Shown here in pieces: positions 53,041-64,000 of a DNA stretch of 64,000 bases. Location: the NCBI GenBank assembly GCA_964234715.1, contig OZ174280.1. The stretch is one strand, 5' to 3'. Position numbers and translations under genes: made by a program. The stretch is from Podarcis melisellensis (taxonomy: Eukaryota). The notes beneath the pieces were generated by a model. That model did not search any database, was not told where the DNA came from, and saw only the letters and a list, made by a program, of their open reading frames with translations. The first letter of the stretch is position 1, and each line of letters opens with the position of its first letter.

Positions 53041-53179
53041 CAGGACTGGGAAACTTGTGGTCCTTAAAATGGTGCTGGACTCCCAAAGCCAATCAGTCTC
53101 TCAAACGACATGCCCAATTCAGTGATGATGGGAACTGTAGGCCATTAACATGTGGAAGGCCCAGGGTTTCCCATCCCTG
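53041..53179. mobile_element. Palindromic hAT-type MITE, degenerate
   Basis: caggactgggaaac...gtttcccatccctg with gatgatgggaactgtag core. Confidence 0.7.
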
Positions 53180-53330
53180 AAACACAGAGTTCCAAAAACA
53201 GCAATCCTCTTGTTACATGGCACCTTTCAAAGGCACATCTAATGTTACATTTGTGTGTTGCTGTATTATATGCTCCCTCCATCTCTATGACTATGAATCC
53301 TACACCAATGTGCAGACACATTTAATCCTA

Positions 53331-53572
53331 CAGTGGTACCTCAGGTTACAGATGCTTCAGGTTACAGACACTTCAGGTTACAGACTCCGCTAACCCAGAA
53401 ATAGTACCTCAGGTTAAGATCTTTGCTTCAGGATGAGAACAGAAATCATGCGGTGGCAGCACGGCAGCAGTGGGAGGCCCTATTAGCTAAAGTGGTGCTT
53501 CAGGTTAAGAACAGTTTCAGGTTAAGAAAAAGCCTCCAGACCAAATTAAGTTCTTAACCAGAGGTACCACTG
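53331..53572. mobile_element. Tc1/mariner (Tigger/pogo-like) MITE, second copy of the 19267 family
   Basis: ta|cagtggtacctc ... gaggtaccactg|ta; co-linear with 19267-19494. Confidence 0.92.
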
Positions 53573-54384
53573 TATTCCTAACTTGTCCATCAGTAGGCTA
53601 CCGTCCTGTTGTACTGTGTATTGTCTAGTTCTGAATTCTGTGATGGTTCATGCCGACTGCTTGCCCTTTATGGTTGACATCCATGAACGTTCTTCGCAAT
53701 ACATCCTTTGCACAGGTGAGAAAAGCTTTGCTGAAAAGCTAATATAATAGTTTCAGTTCAGGAAATGGTGCCAGCATGCATGAAACTCTCTCAGCTTGTT
53801 ATGCTGATATACCAGAAGTTGATGCAGGCTGACCAAAACCCACAAGCTGAAACAGTCTTAAGTAAAGAAAACTACTTAAACGTAATCAGGCAAAAGTCCT
53901 TGTAGTGACTTTTCATAAACTTAGCAGTAACTCTCCAGCATTGCCTCCCCTTGACCCTGGAACTAAACTACCCTGGCATATCCTACAATGGCACTGCTGC
54001 TATGGAAGTGTATAGAACTATAAATTTTAGCAGAGCCCAGCCATCAGTACATTTGACTGCATTTATCAGCTCTGTTGCATTTAATAGCTTTATATTCACG
54101 GCGTGATTTAAGAGATGCTAGAGTCCCTGGGTAGAAATGTGAAGGCCTGGAGGGAGGGGGAAATGGTATAATTGGTGTTATCACAATCTTGCTGAGTTGT
54201 ATGATCTATTATTTCTGTTGTACTTATCTTGTACACATTTGATCTTTGCCTAGAAATTTCATAATCTGCTGGCCTTCTTGCAGTTCCATAGACTTTGGCC
54301 TTTCTGTTTATTTACACACTCTTTTTTCATGTGTACAATGTGTGTGTGTGTATGCACACACATACAAATATCTACCAATCAAAG

Positions 54385-54540
54385 ATGACACTTCGTGCAT
54401 CTGACAAAGTGGAATCTAGTCTGCAAAAACTTGTGCCACAAAACACCTGTGTTTAAGATCCCACACCATCCTTTGTTTGTTTGTTTGTTTTGGTTTGGTT
54501 TTATTTGCTGCATCAGACTAATACAGTTCTCCCTCTGGAA
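54385..54540 (+). mobile_element. Penelope-like terminal repeat remnant
   Basis: gcatctgacaaagtgg..caaaaacttgtgcc..tttaag..tttgctgcatcagactaatacag..ccctctggaa resembles reptile Penelope ends as recalled. Confidence 0.55.
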
Positions 54541-55790
54541 TTTGCCCAGTAAAGGTTTTTGATTAAGTTACTCCCTCACAAAAAAATTAATTAAATTATG
54601 ACCTTCCCCCAAGTTTGATTACCTACCGTGCTGCAGGAGGTTGATCGCCTAGCAGCAGCTTGATTGCCTAGCTACAGTTTGATTGCATGGCAGTAATTCA
54701 AATAAACAATGGCACCAGTCCCCCCGGCCAAAACACACCAAGGCCAGAATCTCCTGTAGGTGAGTAGTGAGGAGGAGGAGGAGGAGGAAGAAGGTAAAGA
54801 AAAATGACCAGGAGAGAGAGCAGGTTCAAAGCACCAACTCTTCTGCAACTCAGTGCCATGCTTACAAAACTGGTGTCTAAGCATGGCAAAATCTATCATG
54901 TCTGGAGGGCCAATGGTGTCTCTAGAAGCTCTGCTGTGGCTAGAGTGTCTTTGTTTCTCATTTTTTAAAGTGCTTTCCCTTGTAGCTCACCATTGCTGCT
55001 AAAGTGTTCAAATTTCCTCCTCCTTTTCCTTCTGTCTTGTAGCTGTAACCACTAGACCTTCATATAGCCCGGGCTGGTCATGCCATGAATCATGCTTAGC
55101 CACATGACTCAAGTATCTGATTGGGAAGGGTGGCAGATGCTTCCACTGCCATCTACTACCCTCAAATTTGTCCTCTGCCACAGTTAGTAGCCTGGTTGCT
55201 GCTGATACTTTGGTCATCGCTGCCCACATCTCCCCTCTTCCTAACCACCACAGCTGGCACTGCCACCCATGACACAATTGAAGCAAAGTGGCAGAAGTGT
55301 TTCCTGGAAGTCCCACATCATACCTTGCACTGAGGAAGGAGTTCTTCCTCAGAAGGAGTTCTTCCTCAGAGAGAAAAATCTGTACCACTGTTCCTTTGCA
55401 CCAAATACAATATAAAGTTACTCACAACGGTACCTGGTGGTGTAGGCACTCTTGGGGACAACCTCGCCCACAATGCCTAGCTCTGAGGAAGGACTCCATC
55501 AAGGAAGGACTCCATTGAGCTTGCCAGGACTGTTGGCACAAACAAAGCAGAACAAGAATGATGGTGCAGAGGAGATGGGAAAGGTGGAGGCAGAAATCTT
55601 CGGATGTCCCACTTAAAACAAGACACTTGGAGGGTATGTAGTCAAGTTGCAAGGAACTGCACCATCTTAACCTGTTCCTCTCTGTTTTTGCACACACACC
55701 CCATTAAAAACAAACTACATTGAGCATAAGAAAATATGCATATCACTTCTGTAGCACTGTAGTACTACTGTAATACCAGTATACAAAGCA

Positions 55791-56278
55791 CCGTATTTTT
55801 CGTCCCATAGGGCGCACTGGCCCATAGGTTGCACCTAGTTTTTTGGGGGGGAATAGAGGGGGGAAATTATTTACCCCCCAGGCGTGGGGCTGGGGCGGGG
55901 GAAGCCTGAGCTTCCCCCGACCCCAGCCCCCAGAACAGGCTGCTATCCGCAAGCCTTGGGAGCCTGGCGGGAACTCCCGCCGAGCTCCCCAGGCTTGCAG
56001 ATATCTGCCCGAAGCCCGGGGCACGCTGCTCAGCGCGCCCCAGGCTTCGGGGTGCAGGCTGCTATCCACAAGCCTAGGGAGCCCGGCGGGAACTCCTGCA
56101 GGCTCCCAAGGCTTGCGGATAGATCCTGAAGCCTGGAGAGTGAGAGGGGTCAGTGCACACCGATCCCTCTCGCTCTCCAGGCTTCAGCGAAAGCCTGCAT
56201 TCGCCCCATAGGACGCAAACACATTTCCCCTTCATTTTTGGAGGGGGAAAAGTGTGTCCTATAGGGCAAAAAATATGG
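55791..56278. mobile_element. Non-autonomous Tc2/pogo-like DNA transposon with GC-rich hairpin interior
   Basis: TIRs ccgtatttttcgtcccatagggcgcac / gtgtgtcctatagggcaaaaaatatgg; flanks ca / ta (decayed TA TSD). Confidence 0.82.
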
Positions 56279-57769
56279 TACTTTACAATTCTTAATTTTA
56301 AATCACACTAGAAGCACTTCAGCATCTCTTCAGTTAAAATAAGCATGGATGGATATGAACTGAACTTCATTATTTTGCAGGCTAAGTGAAATGTAAAAAA
56401 GGACTCTGTTAGATGCCTATAAATAGAACGCTTTTCTAGCAGAGAAATCTTCAGTTGCCCACTCTGGGCTTATCTTGCTAGCAGTATCCTTAGGGCTGGG
56501 GTGTCTTGGGGCAATTCTTCCTCTTATATGTAAGTGCAAATTAATATTTTGAAAGCCTTCACAATGGCACTAAGGTGTAATCATAAGCCTCTTTCCATCC
56601 CTCTTTGCTTTGAAAGCAGAAACTGTGCAGGAAACAAATGCCAGACATTTTCTGCAAGGTATGCAATGCAAAATCACCCTACTGAAACCTACCTGTGATG
56701 TTAAATTCCTCTGCCATGTGCATAACCAGATGGCAAGAGTAAAATGTCAACATGGGTGCCTATGGTAGGGAAAGCTTCCAAGGTCATTTATGAGAAAGTT
56801 TTCCATATTAATTTGGAGCCCTATTTGAGCAATGTAGCGCACAACCAACCTAGGCCATAAGATAACAACACTGGTTTGCACTTCAGGGTTCTTATACACT
56901 ACTCTAACTTCCCCTTTCCCAAAATTAATATAAAAGTAGACTCTATCTGCACTGGTGTTAGCAAAGTCATTTTTAAAAAGGTCAGTTTTTAAAAACCACT
57001 TATTTATGCTGCCTGAGCATAATCTATGAGTCTTTGCTGCTATGTTCCATTCTTCAGTTGACACGCCACAGCCAGATCACAGCTACACTAAAATCCCAGA
57101 TATCTGCTTTGTTTCTCTATGGAGCACCTATCAATTCTTTCCCAGAGAACACCAACAGAAAGAGTTTTAAATACAGATTAATAAGTTCACTTATTAATAA
57201 GTCCAGACAATGCTCTCATACTGAATCAGGCCCTTGGTCTACTTCAATATTATCCACTAGGGCTGTGCACATGCACCCCACGTTTGCTCTGTGGCCCTGA
57301 TCTGTGGTCCTTAAATCAGACCAGTCCACTCTGTGCCTCCTTCTGCTTCTGCTTCTCCTTTTCCTCGTGATGTTGCTCCTTCACAAGTGCTCCTTCGCTG
57401 CACAGAAGAATGCCACTTACAAAGGAGCAGCAACTGGGACCATGCAGGACTAAATATTCCACTTACTAATTGGTAAGCAGGAGATTTTGATCCTGTGTGG
57501 TGCTGCTTCACAGGACTGAGAAGAGGAGGCTTGTCATGATAAAGAAAAGGTGGAGTGGGAAAGGCATCCAGCCACCCCCACCCCCACCACCCCTAATTTG
57601 TTTCATGAAGATGCAGCTGCCACCTTTTCACAGGTTCTCCATCTGCCTTCCTGACTCAATGTTAACAACAGCCCTGGATCACTCTGTGTTGCCTAACCCA
57701 TGGTGATTGGGGGTTGTTTTAACATGACCCGACTGATGCCTAGATCCTCTTGAATCAACCCAGATTGGT

Positions 57770-57915
57770 TTGGGTCATGGTCATTTGGGGTGCCCAAGGG
57801 TTTTAGCCTTTTCTGTGCCTTTTAACATTTACATTAAGCCACAGGGAGAAGTCATCCAGAGATATGGGCTAAAGCATCAGCAGCAAGGGGACAGCACACA
57901 GCTCCACTTGTCCCA
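57770..57915 (+). mobile_element. Degenerate L2 RT fragment
   Basis: ggggtgcccaaggg (GVPQG) then FNIYIKPQGEVIQRYGLKHQQQGDSTQLHLS, matching FNIYMKPLGEVI..YADDTQLYLS. Confidence 0.7.
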
Positions 57916-60616
57916 TCTATTTGTTTCAGGAAGGCTGCACTTGAATTATAGTGCACACTGGCACAACACTGTCTTACACTATGGACCTGATTTGTGTCGT
58001 CGTTGTCATCATCATAGATAGCTACCACTGTTTTAAAGCTGGTGGAGAGATTAGGCTATGAAGTTCATGTATTCTGCCATGAACAGCTTTGCACAAATCT
58101 TGTTATAATATAGCTCCAAGGATGGGAACAGTGCAATTGCAACAGCAACAAAATCAAAATTCAATTTTCCACCTTCCCTTTTCTCTTGAATAAATTTAAA
58201 AACCAATTCATTGAGGAGAGCATTTGCAGTGAGTAGTCTCAACCTGTGCCTAACAAAACAAGGGCTGCAATTCAAGAAGTTTCCACCATCAGGGGCAGCC
58301 CCACTTATTAGCAAAGAGATGCTCCATTGAGAAAGAAAGGAGCTAAAACATTCATCTTGCCATTGAAATGCACATATGGTATTTCCCTCCACTTATAACA
58401 TCATACGTCATTCCTGAAGCTTAATTAATCCATTAAAATTAGTGTACTTTGCAATCAATTCCAAGTGAGATTGATGCATCCTGTATTAATTACATCATTC
58501 ACATGAGGCATGTCAAATGTCAGAGACTTTCCTTCCATACAGCTGCGCTTACACTGGGTCGTTCACACAAGTCCTTAATGGTAGGAATATGTTATCATTT
58601 CAATCAGGAAAATTATGCTGCACAATATGCTTTAAATCTTGCACGCCCTAGTTAGAAGATAAATGCTGTTTTTGATGTATCCCACTGCTCTTCCTCTTTG
58701 GTTCAATAAATGGTAAAGTAGCCCATTTTCAACGGTTTTCTGCTGCTGTAGTGCAAGAGGTATAATTAAATTGTGTCCCAGTAGTGAAGGTTTCTAAATG
58801 ATGATGAGCCAAAACTAATTGTATTGATTTGTTTATTACTGGCTTAGGAAGCTCATCAAACAAATGGACTGAAACTATTTCCATATTCTTATCTGTTTGC
58901 TAAATGAGAAACAAATAACGTTTCCATATGTCTGTTGCACAGCGCCACTGCACTAATACTAATACTGATGAGAGACTCGAACAGTAGAAGGAAGATTATT
59001 CACACAGTGTTGATGAGATTCTCGGGTGCACCAATTTTTCAGCAGGTTTGGAAGAGCACACGTGTGAAACCTTTAAGATTTTGGATTGTTTGAGCCGCGT
59101 TGCTGCCATACAGTACAATCCCTGGAGGGACAGGTCTCCAATCCTCCACTGATATCATTTGAATGAATGATGTACTCCTCTTTCCCACAACGTGGCATGA
59201 ACACAGATAAACCAGTAATGGAAGATCTGTAGACCAGTTAATCTATCTTGGGGTGTCAGGCACTGTTCACTCAAGCGTCTTCCAGCTCTAAGTTCAACTA
59301 TGCCTTTCCAGATGCTTCTGCACAGAGGTTTTGAAGGTACCCTGTCACCTTGTATGGCCATCATTTTCTTCCTCCTCCCATGTGAGCCTCACTTACCAAT
59401 GGGGCTCACTTCTGAGTAGACATACATAGCATTGTGCTGTTAATGCCAGATTAGCCATCCCACGTGCTATACACCTTGCTTTTGCTATAAAATATGCACT
59501 GAACTTTCTAATGTTAACCCAGAGCTAACATTTTGCATGCACCACGCACTACACATTTTGGCAACTTTGGCTCGGGAGAGCAGGTTTTGCTCCCGAGAGG
59601 CTTCTGTGAACCTGGAGGCTGAATTACTCTTGCATCCCTTGAGAAGCTGATCTTGCCAGCTTGGCTGTGCTCTGCTCCAGCTGCAGCCCTGCACATTACA
59701 CCGAAGGGCTGTGGATAAGTTAATAGCATACTGGAAGCAGATCTAAAGATAGAGGGAATTATATTCCACCGTTATTAATCTTTCACCTTCCGTGTGGCTT
59801 TAAAACCATAAAGCCCCCTTTAAAAAGGACGTTCCACAGGCGAGACAGAAACTGCTGAGGAGGAAGTGGCATTTTAGCACAATGCAAAGTTCAGGTGTCA
59901 GCTCTCATCTTCATAGTCTGTCTTCTAGCAGGCAGCGGAAAAGGAGCAGGGCCTGACCTCTTGGGTGTTAGCCTCTCGAATGTTTACCCACTGACTTAAG
60001 TGGAAAGAGAAAGAGGTTAAGAACTCCAATTTTCTCCACACCACTGCAGAAAGCCACATTTGGGAGGGCTCCCAAGCGGTGTGACAGAAATTGAAGGTTC
60101 TGCGTGAGAAGCAGCTCTCCGAGCTGAGTAGCCTCCAGGTGGTGGGGTGTGAAGTGGTCACCTCACAGCTTCTCAGACATTGAGTGCTGTGTTACAGAAT
60201 GTGCTTTTGAAGAAGCAGCCAAAGCACCTGAACCATGGCTCGCCTGTGCACTTGCAGCAGCAGTTTTACAGCTTGCAAAGACTGGTTTGACTTCATTTCG
60301 AGCTCCCAAGACATCAGAATTGAAAATCAGGCACCGGTTAAGGTGCTGCTGGCTCAAGTGCTTCAAATCAGGATTGGGCAATCTTGTTTCAGTCTGAGGG
60401 CCACATTCCCTCCCAGAGCCACCTGCCAGTGCTGGACAAGGACCTTTAAATTTTACCTTTGTACGATAGGCTAGTTTCTACAAACACATACCTCTGTCTG
60501 CCATCCAGCAAAGGGGAGGTGTCATCAGAGTTCAGGCACACTTCCCAGCCAGGAGAAAACACGCAAGGAGGGTGCAAAGCACAGTGCCAGATTAACCCCT
60601 GTGGAAGCCCCTAGGC

Positions 60617-60752
60617 CAGTGATGGCCAAACTTTGCCCTCCAGCTGTTTTGGGACTACAATCCCCATCATCCCTGACCACTGGTCCTGTTAGCTAGGGAT
60701 GATGGGAGTTGTAGTCCAAAAACAGCTAGAGGGCCAAGTTTGGTCACCACTG
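60617..60752. mobile_element. Palindromic hAT-type MITE (136 bp)
   Basis: cagtgatggccaaact...agtttggtcaccactg; TSD ccctaggc / ccttaggc; interior almost identical to the 48609 copy. Confidence 0.9.
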
Positions 60753-62365
60753 CCTTAGGCAGTCAAAATCTTGGGGGAGGGGGGCCGTCACAATGATGCA
60801 GGTTTCTGAGTCAATGGGGGTTTCTCTTTCAAATTCAAAATTCTTTCAAGATTAAATCAATATTATTTTGATCTGTAGTAGCCTACTCTACCTGAGATTC
60901 ATCACCCTTGCCTTAGATAATTTAGCCGCATGAATAGCTAGTCTTTATCCCAGCTTGTACGTTGCCAAGGTAGCGTAGTTGTTACACACATGCACACACA
61001 CACACACACAGAGGGAAGGGGAGAGAGAGAGAGAGATTTTCTCTGCATTTGTTTTATATCCTGCAACATATGTAAACTCTGATCATGTGATTAATCCTTT
61101 ACTTCCCAATACAAATTCTTGTGGTTGTGGGAAGTAACAACACAATCAGGGTGACCAGTGTGAATGCTGGTACAAGACTACAGAAAAACATTACCCCTGA
61201 GACTTGAGGTCTATTGATACCATCTGCTCACAGTGGCAACAGGAACACTTTTTGGGCTGGGGAGGCACCTCTGTTTCCCAACACCACCACTGAGAGGAGC
61301 AGAACAAGAAGCCACATGGTGCCCTTGTGTGATATGGACAAGAGCAGCTGGCCTTCAGGATCTATCAGTGTGAGGCCAATATGATCTGTCTATAAATCTG
61401 ATTGTTTCATTGGGTGATAATCAATTGAGTTTTACACAGAGTAGACCCACTGAAATTAATGTACTCATGTCTAATGGGTCTACTTTGAGCAAGGCTATGT
61501 TGAATACCACCAATTGTATACCGCTTCGAGACTCTACAATGGAAAAGTGATGGACTGAATAGTCGCCCCCCAAATTGCCAACCTATTCACAGGTGGGAAA
61601 TGGGGCACATCCATCTTGGTTCCATTTTAGGGACAGAGCTTTGACTCCCAGAGAGTTGTAGGGGAGAGAGAAGGTAGCATGTGTTGGCTAGGACTGATGG
61701 GAGTTGTAGTACATAAGCTGCAAGGTGCTTCTTGTTAATTCCCAAACACCTTCCTCTTATGGTTATAAAAAAGTAGAAGATTTACAACAGACTGCAAAAT
61801 TCTCTTTTCAAGGTGTAACCTAAACCCTGAATTATTGTGTAGTACATCCCAATTTCAGCAGCACATTGTTGCAAATCACTGGTGCATAACCATGCTTCAT
61901 AGAATCAGAAGGGAACAATTAAGATACTCAGTATTAAACTGGGGACATCATGTTATCTTGAGGCTTGGCCAACAGAGATTCATCTTGGCTCCCTGTTCTG
62001 GGAAAGAAGATAGTAGAGCTGCAGAGCTATGCTGCCGTTGCTGCAAAGCCTGTGACATTTACACACAAGAGGATGTGTATGTTTCTCTCACACGCAAAAC
62101 TGCCATTTAAGTCATCTCTTCTTTTCCAAAATGGCTCAAGGATGTTTGTACCACTCCTCCCCTTCTCATTTTGGAGTTGGTTCAAGTGAAGTCATCTTCC
62201 CTAACCCCACCCCCTGCCATAGTGGATGAATTTCAAAATTCCGGGCCAAACAAACAAACAAACAAATACGGTATTCTTATGCCTTGTGAAGGGAAGTCTT
62301 AAGTAGTTTATATAAATGCATAAATAACACTGATGTCTTTCTGTTGTAGCAGTGGAAGATTCATA

Positions 62366-62447
62366 GCATAATTCCATATATGTCTTACTCAGAAATAAGT
62401 CCCACTGAGTTCAGTGGGCTTACTTCTAGCAGGTAAGCGTTGCAGCC
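62366..62447. repeat. Short (~80 bp) palindromic repeat family; related copies near 1-78, 8805-8860, 12546-12628, 29285-29365, 36095-36195, 40148-40235, 59390-59440, 61412-61510
   Basis: Shared hairpin core such as aagtcccactgagttcagtgggctt, aagtctcattgaattcaatggtactt, agacccactgaa..gggtctact. Confidence 0.75.
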
Positions 62448-62534
62448 TCGGAGTACTGTTTATCAGGGGGAAAGAACACTCCAACTTAGACATTGGTTCT
62501 CATGTGCTAGTAATATTAGAAGAAGATCCACAGC

Positions 62535-62716
62535 TCTGGGGCACAGAGCATCTGCTTTGGGTGCAGAGTGTTCCAGGTTCAATCGCCAGGATCTCCAGGT
62601 AGGACCAGGAAAAGGTTCCCTGCCTAAAATCCGGGAGAGCAGCTGCCAATCAGTGTACACTGAGATGCACTGAGCTATATGAACCAATGGTCTGACTCAG
62701 TATAGGGTAACTTATT
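62535..62716 (+). mobile_element. tRNA-headed squamate SINE (Squam3-like)
   Basis: gagcatctgcttt..caggttcaatc (B box) head; gagagcagctgccaatcagtgta..ctgagcta.atgaaccaatggtctgactcagtata tail. Confidence 0.7.
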
Positions 62717-64000
62717 TTGCTGTTCTTGGCATGGACTCCATTAAAGCAAGAAGCATCTTACCACCTGCAGTTTATAAGACACTGGCCTTTCACAGAAACC
62801 ATAGTGATCTGTCATCTAGCAGCCTCTAAAATGCCCATATGATTTTCTTTTAAGGGACTTCTTTCCTTTGTTCTTTAGCGGAGAGCAAATTCCAGTAGAT
62901 GTGATAACAGCATTACATTCAGCACATAAAGATCATTGGATATAAGCATAGAACAGAATATATTTCTGTTTCACAGACAATTGCATTTAGAGAGCCTGTT
63001 GCTCCGCTTCTGTTGTAATAGCACTTCAGCCCCAGAGGTTTCTTTTCAACATAAATATATTGGTGTTTCACACAAAGGATTTCAAGGACATCTATTATTT
63101 CCTGATAGCTAAAAGATGCTAAAGGACACATAAGGAGGATGAGTTGAACTGTTCAGGAAAAAAAATTAATTTAGGAAAATTAATTGGCTTCTTGAAGAGA
63201 ATTAGTTCATTACAAGGATGGACCACAAACAAAGACCCATACAGGAAAGTGCTCAGACCAAATACAGAGAGATAATATTATTTTATTTCCATTATGGATG
63301 CTCCTACAGCTTGTAGTGATGATTCCAATAAGCATTCTGTAACCGCAATATGACTTTTTCATTTTGGAGGAAGTATCCATGTGAATCTTAGGAACTCTTT
63401 AGATGCAATTCCCACCCCCATCCCCAGGTGGGACTGTAAACGGGCCAGAGAGAGATTTAAGCCGTATTCAAGGCTCGTGGGGGCTCGCTTCATGACACAG
63501 AACCTGGAAAAATCAGGGTTTTACATTGCACAGGGTAGCCAATGTAAAACAGGCTCCCTGCTTCAGATAGTCACCCTCCAACTTGCGACCAACAACAGGG
63601 ACTGGAAGCAGTGTTAGCATGCTCATTCTCATGCTGCTCTGACATATTATATTTCTGAATTTCCAGAAGCAGCTGGGGTGGTCCCATAGCACTGCCCCAC
63701 TGACAGCAGTATTACTGCCACTTACCAGGACAGTGCAACATACTTTTCAAGTGCCCCAATTAGAGCAGAGCATCCTGTTTTGGGGCAACATGCTCTCAGC
63801 AACAGCGTGCAAAATCTTTGCTTCTTGCCATTTGAGCATCCTTCTTGCAGAGAATGTAGTTGAATACATGATTCAGAGCAGTTTCTTTAGCCCAATCGAT
63901 GGGAAAGGCCATTGAAAAACTTCATTCTCACTTTTCAGTTCTCTGGAACTATACGAGAATATGAATGGCCTCATTGTGATTCATAGGCTATGTTGCATCT

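Noticed and set aside
55743-56211. Overlapping Pro/Gly-rich ORFs and CpG-island-like composition
   Set aside because: Explained by the GC-rich MITE interior; no splice or promoter evidence.
58966-58986. ctgatgagagactcgaac hammerhead-like core
   Set aside because: GAAC rather than GAAA, and no supporting stems I and III found.
1-64000. CRISPR arrays, operons, rRNA/tRNA genes, other ST6GALNAC3 exons
   Set aside because: Eukaryotic intron with no repeat-spacer arrays. tRNA-like boxes belong to SINE heads. No sequence encoding the transmembrane exon or sialylmotif S/VS was recognised, though short exons could be missed by eye.

Overview
Vertebrate genomic DNA, very probably from a squamate reptile (lacertid-like, judged from Sauria SINEs with ACCTTT tails, a BovB derivative and squamate-type CR1/L2/MITE content). 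It is almost entirely intron. The only supported coding sequence is one 410-bp internal exon (32546-32955, + strand) of the sialyltransferase ST6GALNAC3, carrying sialylmotif L and flanked by introns of >32 kb and >31 kb. The rest is LINE fragments (CR1, L2, Penelope-like), SINEs, Tc1/mariner- and hAT-type MITEs, a possible solo LTR and microsatellites; nearly all other ORF-track entries are spurious. I found no convincing new gene system. The most unusual structures are: (1) a young Sauria SINE flanked by a 107-bp direct duplication whose right end lies 9 bp from a 67-bp-arm inverted repeat; (2) a TSD-bounded 286-bp BovB 5'+3' deletion derivative; (3) a doubly deleted CR1 with ORF1 esterase joined in frame to RT; (4) a Tc2-like MITE built from serial GC-rich hairpins. 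Repeat family names come from recalled consensus resemblance, not database searches.
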